64,000 bases of DNA from positions 9,238,001-9,302,000 of the forward strand of contig NC_081397.1 of NCBI RefSeq assembly GCF_030684315.1, written 5' to 3'. This stretch comes from Stegostoma tigrinum (lineage: Eukaryota). The notes under the pieces were generated by a model, which ran no database searches, was not told the DNA's origin, and was given only the letters and a program-made list of their open reading frames with translations. How positions within the stretch are numbered: the first letter of the stretch is position 1; each line of letters opens with the position of its first letter. Below are positions 1 through 13,227 of this stretch, piece by piece. Position numbers and translations under genes: made by a program.

Positions 1-361
1 AAATGTTTGCTTCAATATCTGTACTCCATATCTACTTCCCATGTGGTTGGTCAAACTAACAGCATCATCTATGTGTTCACTTGACTGTAACACTAAAAGT
101 ACCCTTACTAAATGCAGATTTCATGCTGTTCCTGTGTATATATTTTGGATGAGGATTCAGTCTGTCATTCCTCCAAAGTGAAATTGTTTAGAACTGGGTG
201 GCTGGAAGTGACGGTACAGATAAAACATATACACTGGTATTTCCTCAATGGTGTTTGACTCTTGGTTAGAACACATCTCTCTGGAAATTGCATTCAATGT
301 GTGAGATTGAATCTGCTATCACTGTGGCTAGGATATTCTATGCTCTGACAGTGCAACATAC

Positions 362-443
362 CTGGTGGTTGTTGTAAGATGCTGGTCACAATTGGCTTCG
401 AACTGAGAAAACACTAAATTGTCCTGGTCCTTCAAGTATTGGC
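362..443 (-). other. Putative 82-nt exon (paralog of candidate gene exon 2)
   Basis: Minus strand ccttcttcctccag|...|GTATGT; open in phase 1 (QYLKDQDNLVFSQFEANCDQHLTTTT). Confidence 0.45.
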
Positions 444-1129
444 CTGGAGGAAGAAGGAATACCTCCTGTAAACTAACATCAGTTGAGATTGATCAGAGTG
501 ATATTGCCAATGTAACATTCAGTTAATTATTCATTAGGATTGTTTGTTTTGAGCTATTTATTTGAACAGAACCACGGTCTGATTCTACTCCGAGCCTGAG
601 CTTCTCCTTGTCTATTTTCTTTTCTTAAAATTCGAATACCCGGTTGAGTGAGATCCAAAAGCTAACCAACACTGATACAGCTGCATGAGTGGGACTACAT
701 ACTGCTAGTGGGTATATGGATATGCGAGTTTCGTTGTCCATCTATATCTGTCAGCTCCCTCTTGTTGAATGCGTCAGTGTAGTTACAAATATATACCTGT
801 CAGTATATGCTCTGTTAATTTTTTTTAATAAATTCAAATGTAGCGAGAGACAGTGAAATGCTCTGTTTACGAGCAGTACAGGCCGATCACAGTCAGCAAG
901 GATGTACAGAACAAAACAACTCAGAGAGGCATGCAGGTTACATTTCACAGGGTGCGCACTCGGAGAGATCAACATTAACAAGATCATCATTATTTGAGGC
1001 CAAAGAGTCGATTCATCAATTTAATAATGAACAGAAAGAAGTTGCCCCTGAACCTGTTCGGGCTTCTGTATCTTCTGCCTGATTCAAGAGGTTGTAGGAG
1101 ATTATTCATCCCTGGAACATCTATACACC

Positions 1130-1530
1130 GTTACCCTGTGCAGACTGATCTCAAAACTGTGTGACCTTGGTCTCGGCTCCACCCACTGCAACTGGATCCT
1201 CAAATTTCTAACCCATAGACTGCAATCAGTGAAGACAGACAACTGCATCTCCTCTACAATAACACACAACACTGGAGGCCACCCGCCAAGGATGCAACCT
1301 CAGGCCCCTACTGTGCACCCAAAACTGTGGCGCCAATTTCCAAATGAACACCATCTACAAGTTTGCTGATGACACCATCATAGTGGGACACATATGGAAC
1401 AACCAGGGGTCAAAACCCAGAAGGGAGATAGAGGGCTTGATGACATGGTGCAGTGAAGGCGACCTCTCTCTCAATGTTGGAAAAACTAAAGAACTGACCA
1501 TTGGCTTCAGAAAGAATGGGGGAGCACCAC
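1130..1530 (+). mobile_element. Rex1/Babar-like LINE reverse transcriptase fragment
   Basis: ORF 1344..1739 starts IYKFADDTIIVG...LMTWCSEGDLSLNVGKTKELTIGFRK, typical of Rex1-clade RT motifs; truncated and degenerate. Confidence 0.7.
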
Positions 1531-1534
1531 CACT

Positions 1535-1640
1535 TCCGCCGCACCCCCACCCCCCACCTGCCCCTCCGCACACCCGCTACCCCACCCGCCCACCCCCCCC
1601 CCCCGCTACCCCGCCCGCCCACTCCCCCGCCCCCTCGGCC
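1535..1640. repeat. C-rich low-complexity tract
   Basis: Runs of C (up to ~12) between two LINE fragments. Confidence 0.8.
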
Positions 1641-3180
1641 CACGATGTTGTGCCGAACGTCTCCCCTAATCCTCATGTCTATCTAACCTCCACTCCTACC
1701 TATTGCTATCATCCATATGCCTGTCTCATAGCTGTTTAAATGGCCCGAAAGAGGCTGACTCCACTCTCCTTTCCAGAATGCATTCCACACCCCGACCACT
1801 CTCTGAGTAAAGAACCCACCTCTGACTTCTCCCCAATATCTACCTCCACTCACTTTAACACTCTGCTCCCTCACAATAGCTACCTTCACCCGAGGAAAAA
1901 GTCTCTGGCTGTCCATTCTATCTATACCTCTGATCATTTTGTACACCTCTATCAAGTCATCTCTCATCCTTCGTCGCTCTAAAGAGAAAAGCCCAAGGTC
2001 TCCCAACATTTCCTCATAAGATCTTCCCTCCATTCCAGGCAACATCCTGGTAAATCTTGTCTGCACCTTTTCCAATGATTCCACATCTTTCCTGTAATGG
2101 CATGACCACAACTGGACTCAATACTCCAGATGTGGACGAACCAGACTTTTGTATAGCTGGAGCATGACTTCATGGCTCTTGAACTCAATCCCTCTGTTAA
2201 TGAAAGCTAACACAACATACGCCTTCTAAACAACTCTATCCACCTGGCTGGTAGCTTTCAGGGAGCTGTGAACATGAACCCCAAGATCCCTCTGCTCCTC
2301 CACACTGCCAAGAAACTTTCCACTAACCCTGTATTCTGCTTTCAAGTTTGTCCTTCCAAAATGTATCATCTCACACTTTTCAAGGTTAAACTCCATTTAC
2401 CAATTCTTAACCCAGCTCCGTATACCATCAATGTACTTTTGTAACCCAGAACATGATCCACCTTCGTATCGTCTGCGAACTTGCTGATGCATTCTTCCAC
2501 GCCTTCAACCAAATCATTTACAACAATCACAAATGGAAGAGAACCCAGAACAGATCCTTGTGGTACACACTCGTAATTGAACACTATATCAAATATTTTC
2601 CGTCCACTACTACCCTTTGTCATCTAAGGGTCAGCCAATTCTGAATCCAATCTGCCACATTTCCCTCTATCCCATGCCTCCTTACCCTCTGCATGAGCCT
2701 ACTGTGGGGAACCTTATCAAACGCCATACTTAAATCCATGGATACCACATCCACTGCTCTACATTCATCCACGTGTTTGGTCACCTCTTCAAAGAATTCA
2801 GTAAGGTTTGTGAAGCATGTTTTACCCCTCAGAAATCCATGCTGACTGTCCCAAATCAAACTGTGCCTTTCTAAGTGATCAGAAATCCTATCTCTCAGAG
2901 CCCTTGGCAATAATTTGCCCACCACTGACGTTAGGCTAACTGGTCTGTAATTTCCAGGGTTATCCCGATTTCCTTTTTTGAACAAGGGATTGACGTTTGC
3001 CACTCTCCAATCTTCCAGCACTCTACCCGTTGACAGTGAGGGCGAGGAGATCATTGCCAAGGGCCCTCCAATCTCTTCCCTCGCTTCCCACAGAATCCTT
3101 GGATAAATCCCATCAGGCCCGGGGGACTTACCTGTCTTCACCTTCCTCAAAATTCCTGGCACATCTTCCTTCCTAACATT
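1640..3180 (-). mobile_element. CR1 LINE ORF2 3' fragment (frameshifted)
   Basis: Minus ORFs give KSPGPDGIYPRIL, NYRPVSLTSVVGK, AFDKVPH, VPQGSVLG, ISKFADDTKV, LEKVQTRFTRMLPG and FFTQRVVGVWN. Confidence 0.92.
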
Positions 3181-3344
3181 GGTAGGCTAGAAGAGGTCAG
3201 ACTGTTTCATACTGTTAAAAAAAAATCCTTCAGAATCCTCCGATCCTTCAGCCACTTCACTTCAATCAATGACCTCTGATTTTTGAACAGTTTCTCCAAG
3301 CAGGTTCCTCCTGTCCACTCTGTCTCTCCTTTTCACAGTTTTGT

Positions 3345-4190
3345 TTTCTATAATCATGACACCCCTCAGCCTCCTCTATTCCAAGCAATATAACCACAAC
3401 CTCTGCAATCTCTCCTCGTAGCTACAATCTCCAGCCCTGGCAACATTCTGGTAAATCTCCTCTGCATTCCCTCCACAGCAATTACATCCTTCCTGTAATG
3501 TGGTGACCAGAATGCACACAATACTCCAGTTGCAGCCTCACCATTTCCGGATACAGTTTCACAGTTATATCCCTACGTTTGTATTCCATACCACTGTCAA
3601 TGAAGGGGAACATTCTGCATGCCTTGTTTACAATTCTAAATCCTTGTACTGCTACCTTTAGCGACCTGTGCACCTGCACACCAAGATCTCTCACTTCATC
3701 TACCCCTCTCAATATATTCTCAATTATTTTTGATTCCATTTACTGTTGGAGCTTCCAAAGTGCATTATCTCGCACTTATCAGAGCTGAACTCCATCTGCC
3801 ACTTTCCTGCCGACTCCATGAAACTATCTGTACCATTTTGCATCTTACAATTATCCTCTGCACTACCCACTACATGGCCAAGTTTGTGTTGTCTGCAAAC
3901 TTCTCAAATAAGCCCAACACATTCAAGTCCAAATCATCAATGTAGAAAACGGACAGCAGGGGTTCCATCACTGAGCCAAGCTGAGCACCACTTGAAACAG
4001 CTTTCTATTCACAAAGGCAGCAATCAACCACTACATTTTGTTTCCTGTTACTGAGCCATCTTTGGACACAATTCAACATATTGCCCTGTATCGCAGAGGC
4101 TCTTACTTTTTGGACCAGTCTACCATGTGGCACTTTGTCAAATACCTTACTAAAATCCATACAGATGGCATCTGATGCACTTCCCTCACA
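3345..4190 (-). mobile_element. Degenerate CR1 RT fragment
   Basis: MDFSKVFDKVPHGRL and RDLGVQVHRSLKV motifs; paralogous copy with the same junction into the minisatellite at ~24640-25828. Confidence 0.85.
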
Positions 4191-5910
4191 CATTCACATC
4201 ACAGAAACTGACAAGGACAGACTGATAACTAAAGTGATATATCCACATTGTAGAAACTGACAGAGACTGACTGATGAATATGTTTACATATTCACACAGA
4301 AGTAGTTAGTCACTGCCTATTTCTGCGATATAAATATGAGCTTATTTATCAATCTGTTTATATTAGTTTCTGCCATGTGAAATTTTGAGTGCAGTTATCA
4401 GTTATCTGTCAGTTTGTGTACTGTGCATATGAGAGTGCAGTAATTAATCTCTAGCTGTAAGCATCTGCTACTTCAAAACATGAGTATAATTATCAATCCT
4501 TACCTGTTAGGTCCTGCTATGTGAATGCATTGAGTGCTGTGATCAATCTATTCTTGTCCTTGTGCTCTGTGAAATAGCATTTTAAATTTGTCCCTGTCAG
4601 TCTGATATGTGAATGCATAAGTGTATTTACCACTCTGTCCCTGCCAGTTTCAGGTCTGGGAATATATAAATATAGTTGTCTATTTTTATCTGTCAGTTAC
4701 TTCTTTGTCAATATGTGAATGATGTTAGCTGGAACTAACAGACAGCAATTGATATGTTAATATGTGAGTGCTGTTATGGATCTGTGCCTGTCAGGTTCTC
4801 CTCTTTGAATATGATTTCAGTTATCAATCTATGCCTATCAGTTTCTGCTCTGTCAATCTGGGAATAAAGTTATCAATATTTAATTGGCAAACACTTTTCT
4901 GTGAAAATGAATTTAGTGGTTCAAACGTACTTTTCAGATGATGTCAAATGAGCCTGGGAGTGATATTTTTATTCTGTCCATGTCAGTTTCTTCTACGTGC
5001 AGATGTCAATGTCATTATTATTCTGCCCCTATCAGTTTCTGGTTTGTGAACGTGAGGATTTAGTTATTGATCTCTACCTGTCAGTTTCAGCTAAAAGAAT
5101 GAGAGTTTCACTGCTGATTTCTGCCTGTCAGTTTCTGCTCTGTCTATGTGAGTTTAACAATCAGTCTATCCCTCTCAGACTGCTGTGTGAATATGTTTGT
5201 GTAGTTATCAATCTGTACACTTTCAGCCTCTGCTTTGTGAATATGTTTGTGTAATTCTCAGTCTATCACTTGCAGTTTCTGTTATGTCAATATATGAGTT
5301 TAGTTATCAGTGAATACCTGTCAGTTTCTTCTGTGTGAATATGTACATGTCATTGTCAATCAGTACCTACGGCAGCAGATGAGTGTAGTTATTGGTCTAT
5401 GCCTGTCAGTTTCTGCTCTGTGCATCGGTGAGTGAAGTTACCAATCTGTGCCCGATCAGTTATTTGAAACCAAGACTATTACAAACAATCATTCTGCTTT
5501 GGGAATGTGTGATTTTACCCATCAATTTCCACCTATGAGTTTCTGGCTTTGAATAGGCAAATGCATTTATCAATGTGTAACAGTCAGTTTTTATTCTGTG
5601 AATTTGTGTGTAACAACATTATTCTTGCTGTCAGTATCTGCAACATAAATGTGAGGCTGCATTTCCCCATCTCTCCAGTCAGTTTCTGCTGTGTGAATGG
5701 CCAAGTCAAATTATCAGTCCATGCCTGTCAGTTTCTGTTATTTGAATGTGAATATGTGATTCATCATCAATTTTCTTTTGTGTGTTTCTGGAATGTGAAT
5801 GAGTCAGTGTAGGTATCAATCCGTATCTGTCAGTTTCTACTGTTGTGTATCAATGTGCCTTGATTCTCTTGCAACCAGTAATATTCTCTGTGAATATGCA
5901 ACACATTCTG
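4190..5910. repeat. Degenerate ~49-bp minisatellite array
   Basis: Consensus about CTGTCAGTTTCTGCTGTGTGAATATGTGAGTGTAGTTATCAATCTGTAC; spacing of 49 measured at 5271/5320; the first ~120 bp are in inverted orientation. Confidence 0.85.
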
Positions 5911-7340
5911 ACACAGGTAATACAGCGTTGAGACTGGATTTCAATCTCTTCGGCATTTTGAGACTTCTTGGTTCGTTATCAGTTGGCAGGATCTCGGAGG
6001 GGTCATATAAATGGGACTGGTTTCCTATGAGAACCATTCTGAATCAACAACACAATTTACAGTTTGTGTGCTGAGTGTGGGTTTTATATTCCGATTGTAT
6101 CATATGCTGATTCTCTGTCTCAGTACGGGATTTGTTTTTTCAGGTTTCAGTAGTATCAATGAGACATTTAGATTCATTTTTTTTTGTATTGGACATCGTT
6201 AGTGCTCTTTCTTAAAGATTTTGTTTTGCACCTGTCTGTCTATTTCTATGTTACATTTTTAAACTAATACTCTATACAACAGAATATCATTTACTTCATC
6301 ACCAGGATCAGAATCAAGGTGAGGTGCAGCGTGGAAGCAGACCATTCAGCCCACTGTGCCTGCACTGGGACATTACATTCTGCATACTAGTTTCCAGTAA
6401 TTGTTGGAATTGTGAACTTCTTCCACTCACTGCCAGTGTCTGTTAGTGCCAATTTGACATTATTTCTCCAGTTATCAGCCTGCGAATAGCTGCAGTGCTA
6501 GCTTCGTGATGTCGGCAACCATCTCAGATACAGTAGATATTCACTGACTCTGTATGACTGAGGGATTAATATTACACTGACATTTGTCCGTACCATGAGG
6601 ACTAATGTGATTGTGCTGTAGGGAAGGTTGACATGAACATCAAGCCCTTTGTAGAAAATTGAAACAAAAAATTCAAAGAGATACACAATGTTTCTTGCCA
6701 GACTGAAGAAAAAAAAAGAAATATTAACTCCTGTAAGGTGAAGAAATGATAAGGGTGAGGATAGCAGTTCCTCTTCAGCCTCAATACATTCATGGAAATA
6801 GAATGCTGGCTGATTGGGATTTTAAAAGTTGTTCATTGAAAAAAAAGGTGCAGACGCAATGGGCTGACGGGCCTTTCTCTTGTGCTGCAGAGTTCTGTAA
6901 CTTGAGGGTGTTAGTGGAGATCATTTTGAGTCTATCATTTTCTATGATTTGCAGTGAACACAAAACAATTTAGTTGTTCCACATTGTAACATACACCTTC
7001 AGTCAGTCAGAGTGTGTGTGTGTGAGAGTGAGAGGAGGAGAGAATTATTCATCAAAGGATTAATTCTGTCCTTCTCAGTCACTGATAAACTTCATATAAA
7101 CATGTTTCATCCACTTTAGTAACTCTTGTTGCACAGGTTCTTCCCATTTCTGTACTTAACATCTCACTGAGGTATGCCTGTTGAAACTATGTTACAGCAT
7201 GATCTATTGTTTGTCTTGATTGTAACTTTGAAAATGCCCTTATAAAATGCAGATTTAATGCTGTTCCTGAGTGTCTATTTCGGATGACCAATCAGTCTAT
7301 CCATCTTCAAAACTTGTGTCAACGTCAGTGGGCTACATAC

Positions 7341-7422
7341 CTGCTGATTGTTAGCAGTAACTGGTCAGACTTGGCTTTGTACCGAGGAAATACAACATCA
7401 TCCTGGTGCTTCAAGTATTTGC
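7341..7422 (-). other. Putative exon 2 (82 nt) of unknown gene, copy A
   Basis: cttcctccag acceptor and CAG|GTATGT donor; in frame with putative exon 1 at 8122-8185, giving C-KYLKHQDDVVFPRYKAKSDQLLLTIS. Confidence 0.5.
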
Positions 7423-8121
7423 CTGGAGGAAGTCAACATACAGAAAGTCTGGCCGTATTGAACTAATCAACATAACATCAAGTTCATAATCATTGGGACG
7501 TGTGTTTGTTTTTAAAAGAAGAAAACTAGCAAATTGAACAGAACCAGAGGCTTTATTCCCTGTTCTCCAGATCTGCTCCTTTTCTGGGAATTCTCATGGT
7601 ACTTTTTTTTTCCTGAAATAATTCGAAATCAACTGAGTGAGAATCAGAAACTGAGCAACAACTGTACTTTCATACATGGGGCTATCCGAAGAAACAGGCA
7701 TGCATACACAGTTCAATATCCAGCTCACAACACACTACCTGTGAAAAGGAAGAACAAAGGGCGCTATTTTAAATGTTTCAGGTGAGAAATGTAACCTGGG
7801 GACTCAAATACCTGTCCTTTTCAGGGTTATAACATGCCTCTAGTCTGTGTTTCCACTGTTCACGGCACTATGTCCATCCCAGTTTAGAGGATGAAAAGCA
7901 CAAGACTGACCCCCAGCAGCAGCTTCTTGCCGCTGTGTCTCCCTCCGCAGGCCCACACACAGCCCGAGAAAGGCCTCTCTCTCCCCGCCCCCAGGCCGCT
8001 CACTCCAAGTTCCGGGACCAGTTCCTGCTCCGCTCCGCCTCTTACCAACAGCCCCCGGTTCTCCCTGAACTGAGCCCGAATCAACGCCGGTCTCGGAGCC
8101 CCCTCTGTGTCCCAGACTCAC

Positions 8122-8185
8122 ATCTCGATGCGCTGCTGGAAGGAGCCTGCTGTTCCCTCGCTTCCCTGGGCGCTGGTCTCTCCAT
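8122..8185 (-). other. Putative first coding exon of unknown gene, copy A
   Basis: gccgcaATGG Kozak context, MERPAPREAREQQAPSSSASR, then T|GTGAGT donor (8121-8116); lies in a GC/CpG-rich block nearly identical to 40735-41105. Confidence 0.5.
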
Positions 8186-8219
8186 TGCGGCCTGTTTCAA
8201 ACAAACTTCTTCCACTCAC

Positions 8220-8260
8220 TGAGTCAATGGCAGCGCTGGGGGAGGGCCTCACGCATGCGC
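8220..8260 (-). promoter_or_regulatory. Candidate promoter motifs (AP-1 TGAGTCA, NRF1-like CGCATGCGC)
   Basis: TGAGTCA at 8220-8226 and CGCATGCGC at 8252-8260; both retained in the paralog near 41050-41171. Confidence 0.5.
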
Positions 8261-8264
8261 TCCT

Positions 8265-8720
8265 CTGGGTTGTGTGTGACAAAGGGAAATGCAGGGTTGC
8301 AGGGAAATGGCGGTGCAATGGTTCTGGGAGGGGCTGCTGTTCAGTGGGTCGGTGTGGAATTTTAGTTGGGCCGAAGTATCTGTTTTCACATTGTAAGGAT
8401 TCTATGATGATTCTATGAAGCGTGCTGCAGATTAGGCGCATAATTGTGAACTATGTGCCAATGTTTTGTTCTGCTCATGTCACCTTCCTTACTGTTTTCA
8501 TATAGAATAAAAGTTAGAGCATAATTTTGAATGCTCCTGTTTCCTCCCGCAGTCCAAAGGTGTGCAAGCTAGGTGGATTGGCTATGCTAAATTGCCCGTG
8601 GTGCCCAGAGATGTTTAGGTTTGGTGGATTAGACATGAGAAATAAAGGGTAGGGGAATAGGTCTGGATAGGGTGCTCTTCAGCGGGCGATGAGGACTTGT
8701 TGAGCCAAATGGCCTGGAGC
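8265..8720 (+). mobile_element. HE1/V-SINE-like fragments (two 3' pieces)
   Basis: TTTCCTCCCGCAGTCCAAAGGTGTGC...GGATTGGCTATGCTAAATTGCCC V-domain-like core at ~8540-8600 and ATTCTATG tail repeats at ~8398-8417. Confidence 0.65.
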
Positions 8721-8949
8721 GGTTCAATGTGTGGCAGCATCTTCGAAGGAAAAAGGAACAAAATTAACATTCTGGGTCCAGTGACCTTTCCGCAGATTTG
8801 ATGGTGGCTGGGAAAACGTCAGTTTATATGCAGATAAAAGGGGAGTGTGATGGGGTTTGGAATAAATGTTAGGATAGAGCCTAACAGAGAGAAGAACATT
8901 TGGACAGAGCAAGAATAATGCAGACATTTCAAAGAAAAAAAAATGCCAG

Positions 8950-9570
8950 CTGTGGACATCACTGACTGGTCTGAGCATTGATTGACCCTCCTGAAATGCC
9001 CGTGAGAAGGCGGTAGTGAACTGCCTTCCTGAACCGTTGCAATCTCTGAGCTGTAGGTTGGCCCACATTGCCATTAGTCAGGGAATTGCAGGATTTTCAC
9101 GGATTGACACAGACTGAACGGCCAATATACTTCCAAGTCAGGATGGTGAGTGTCTTAGAGAAGATCTTGCAGATCGTGCAGTTCCCATGAACCTGCTGCT
9201 GCTGTCTTTCAAGATGGAAGTAGTTGTGGGTTTGGTAGGTGCTATCTAATTTTATATTTGAGAGAGTGGATGTTTGTGAATGTGGTGCCAATTAAACAGG
9301 AGCAGCTTTTTCGTGGATAGTACCTTGCTTGCTGTGTGCAGTTGGAGCTGCACTAATACAGGTAATGGGGGCTACAGAGGGGAAACCTTTACATTCCTGA
9401 CTTGAATGTTGGAGATTTTGGACAGGTTTGAGAAATCAGGAGGGAAGTTACTTGCTGCAGTATCCATAGCCTTGGCCCTGTTCTTGTAGCCAATGCATTT
9501 ATCGGGTGAGTCCGGTTCAATTTGTCCTTCATGGTAGCTCCCAGGATGTTGACAGTGGAGGATACAATGA
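8950..9570 (-). mobile_element. Degenerate LINE 3' fragment (family not assigned)
   Basis: ORF 9389..9583 (VNILGATMKDKLNRTHPINALAT...RLWILQQV) resembles the C-terminal RT region of CR1/L2-type LINEs. Confidence 0.5.
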
Positions 9571-10024
9571 TGCTGAGGCCCAAGTCAAAGAATGCCTTAC
9601 TGCACGACTCTGTGACACAGTTTTACACTCACACACTGATCAGACTTGATATAGCCTCCATCCACCCTAACAGCAAGCTCTATCACTACAACCCCCCACT
9701 ACAATCCCAAATCTCACTGGTATTGTATAGGTTAATGTGAGTGATAGTGAACAGAATTGGACATGTTGCACTGACCCTGAGAACAATCCTCTTGTATTAC
9801 AGTGGGGTCATCACTATTCCTTCTCCTCTCAGAAAGTCTGTCCGGGCACACACTCACCTTGACAGTGGTTAGCTACATACCCCCCATGCTGAGAAACTGC
9901 ACCATCTGTGTGTCTCTGTTTAGTGGAGAACAGCTGATCTCCTGTTGGGATTGATTTTGTACTGTTCACTGTCAGAGCAGGAGGAGCAAATACAATTGAA
10001 AACATTGGAAACGCTCACTGAAGT

Positions 10025-10125
10025 GAAGGCCAAGCTGAAAACCGAAGTTACCAAGAAAGCAGCAAAGAAATGAACCTGTCGGTGCAACATGTAACCACCT
10101 GAACCCAAAAGCTCCTGTCAGAGAC
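10025..10125 (+). pseudogene. Histone H1 3' remnant
   Basis: Last ~15 codons (...VTKKAAKK TGA at 10071-10073) and 3' flank match intact H1 at 46468-46625; stem-loop decayed to AGCTCCTGTCAGAGAC; the rest of the gene is absent. Confidence 0.85.
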
Positions 10126-10344
10126 ACCGACATCTCTCAGGAGAGAGCTGGGCCCGGATCAAAGGATCCCTGTCCCAGTTCCGGTGGAGATACGGACATT
10201 AATTGATTTGAATAACTCAAAACACACTTTCTCGGCTTCATTTACACCCAGCTCTTCTCACACATTCTACAAGGAATCAGTGTGAGGTTCCCCCTCTCAT
10301 TTTAACTGACCATCAGTTCGGGTGCAGTTGCAGTTCATGAACAA

Positions 10345-11245
10345 AAACAAAGTTGTTGGAAAAGCTCAGGTTTGGCAGCACCTATGGAGGGGAAAAAAAG
10401 GAGTTAACGATTCAGGCCCAGTGCCCTTTCCTCAGAACTGGATGCAGAGAAATAAAGCTGAGGCCTTTGTTGAGTACAGAGCATCCAGCATCGGAGAGCA
10501 GAAGGTTAGGAGGGATGGTGAATACCTGGCAGGAGGTGAAGAGTTTGGGGGAGGGGATAGAGTCAGAGGGAAGGGAAGGAGAGGTAGGTCCCAGAGAGCC
10601 ATGAGTAGTTTTGAGTTGGTGCATCTTGTGGGCCTTATTGCCTGAAAGGAAAAGAAAAAAAAAGTCCCTTGTTAGCACGACAAATGAGTCGGAGGATGAA
10701 GTGGTATCAGAGATAATGGGAACTGCAGATGCTGGAGAATCCAAGACAACAAAACGTGAGGCTGGATGAACACAGCAGGCCAAGCAGCATCCGTGCTCCT
10801 GAGATGCTGCTTGGCCTGCTGTGTTCATCCAGCCTCACATTTTGTTGTCTGTGGAGGATGAAGTGGAACTGGGGAGTGGAGCAGCCCTGAGCCAGTGTGT
10901 TACGATGCTGTTGGAGAGAGAGGTTGAGAGTATGCATGTGCCGCCACATGGCACTCAGGGTGGATCTCAGGATGTGGTGAGAGCAGCTGTCCGTGAAACG
11001 TTGAACATTATGGAGGTATCTATGCTCCTGGGAGGATTCAAAACATGAGGGATGAAACTTGAGTTGTAATCCACGTGGGGTGAGCCTGAACCAGAGGCAG
11101 TCATTGAGGAATGTGACATGGCTGTGGAAAGTGAAATGGCTGGATGAAGGGTCTCGGCCCAAAATGTCAGATTTTGAGCTCCTAAGATGCTGCTTGGCCT
11201 GCTGTGTTCATCCAGCCCCACACTTTGTTATGATGGCTGTGGAAA
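10345..11245 (-). mobile_element. Nested Penelope-like element fragments (N-terminal ORF plus short terminal insertions)
   Basis: VFTIPPNLLLSDAGCSVLNKGLSF and FHSHVTFLNDCL...PRGLQLKF; nested insertions with TSDs GGAGGATGAAGTGG (10691-10704/10853-10866) and ATGGCTGTGGAAA (11118-11130/11233-11245). Confidence 0.75.
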
Positions 11246-11806
11246 TGTCAGTTTCAGTTCCTGTCCATTTCTATTTCACATATTCAGGGAGTCAGTAACA
11301 CTGGCGCAGAAACCCCGCTTCACAACACAGTCCCCAAGAAATGATTTTGTCTGATTCACCGGGAGCAATGGAAACTGACTGTCGGATTCTACAGCATCTG
11401 CAGTTCCTGCTATCTGTGAAATGGAAGCTGACATGCTGTCTTCTGAAAGGAAGGCCAGGACATGGGCTTTTGATTGTTTCACAACTGCTTTTAAAATTGT
11501 ATCAGTGATATCAGCTTTTGTGCTCCTGAGATGCTGCTTGGCCTGCTGTGTTCATCCAGCTTCACACTTTGTCATCTTGCTTTTAAAATATCCAGGTTTT
11601 ATTATCTTTGAACACAAGTTTGGGTCTGCAGGTTTTCTGCCGGGCCTTGTGTTCACTGCCCTTGTGGAGAAAAGGTTTAGTTCCAGATCCAGTTGGGGGC
11701 GGCAGTAAGCTGGAGGCGGAGCTGGACATTTCTCTGTTTGTCACTCAGTTTTCTGCCAGCCTCTCACTTTCTGTCAGCTGTTTCTCAGTCAGGTCGGGGC
11801 AGGCAG

Positions 11807-11813
11807 TATAAAA
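11807..11813 (+). promoter_or_regulatory. H4 TATA box
   Basis: TATAAAA ~60 bp upstream of the H4 ATG, preceded by TCAGTCAGGTCGG resembling H4 site II. Confidence 0.7.
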
Positions 11814-11860
11814 AAGGAAGGTGAGGCAGCTCGGCTCTCAGTCGGCAGCGATTGGAGTGA

Positions 11861-12181
<321 letters not shown>

Positions 12182-12211
12182 GCAAATCGTCCCTTTTCCA
12201 GCGAACCCAAA

Positions 12212-12227
12212 GGCTCTTTTCAGAGCC
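12212..12227 (+). terminator. Histone 3' stem-loop (H4)
   Basis: CCAAA GGCTCTTTTCAGAGCC ACCCA, then purine-rich HDE-like GAGAG. Confidence 0.97.
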
Positions 12228-12532
12228 ACCCAAACACTCCGCCTGAGAGCGGAGACCTGAGGATGGGGAACCAGCACATAGGGCTGGTGCAGCGACTTTT
12301 AATGACGCTCCCAGGAATGATAATTTGTTCAGTTTTGATTCTGGTAGCCGTGCCGAGGTTTTAGTGGCGTGTTCATTCCACCTGCCTGTTAGAGATGGTC
12401 AGGAAATGATTCAGAGCCCTCTCCGCGCTGACTGCAAGTTAGGTTCACAAGAAAATTTTGTGAAGCATAAGATATAATCTTAGGCGCAGGCGCATGGGAC
12501 TTTTTAATATTTTGTAAGGTCAGGCTGAAATC

Positions 12533-12547
12533 GGCGGGCGATTTGAA
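12533..12547 (+). promoter_or_regulatory. CDE/CHR-like element upstream of H3
   Basis: GGCGG-GCGA-TTTGAA (4-nt spacer); the paralog at ~48138 reads GGCGG-GCTT-TTTGGA. Confidence 0.5.
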
Positions 12548-12729
12548 ATTGACCAACTGTCATTTGAAGTTAACCAATCCAGCCTACAATAATTATTTTA
12601 CTGACTTTTCTGTCCTTCAGTGGCTGTTTCTCGGGGATTTGAGGGACGGGACTCGAACAAATCCCAGCTCTAGGGCGGGCTCTCCATCCTCTTAAATAGG
12701 CAGCGCCGCATCAAGTTCAGCATTGATAA

Positions 12730-13167
<438 letters not shown>

Positions 13168-13211
13168 ACGGAGCGTGCCCGGCCCTGCACATTCACCTCG
13201 AGAAACACAAC

Positions 13212-13227
13212 GGCTCTTTTCAGAGCC
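13212..13227 (+). terminator. Histone 3' stem-loop (H3 copy 1)
   Basis: GGCTCTTTTCAGAGCC followed by GAGAGAG HDE-like element. Confidence 0.95.

Noticed and set aside
1344-1739. Proline-rich protein
   Set aside because: Chimeric read-through from a Rex1-like RT fragment into a poly-C tract and an antisense CR1 end.
4190-5910. 49-bp arrays as a CRISPR array or as zinc-finger coding repeats
   Set aside because: Eukaryotic context, no constant repeat with unique spacers, unit length not a multiple of 3, and no C2H2 pattern; the Cys/Val-rich ORFs are compositional artefacts.
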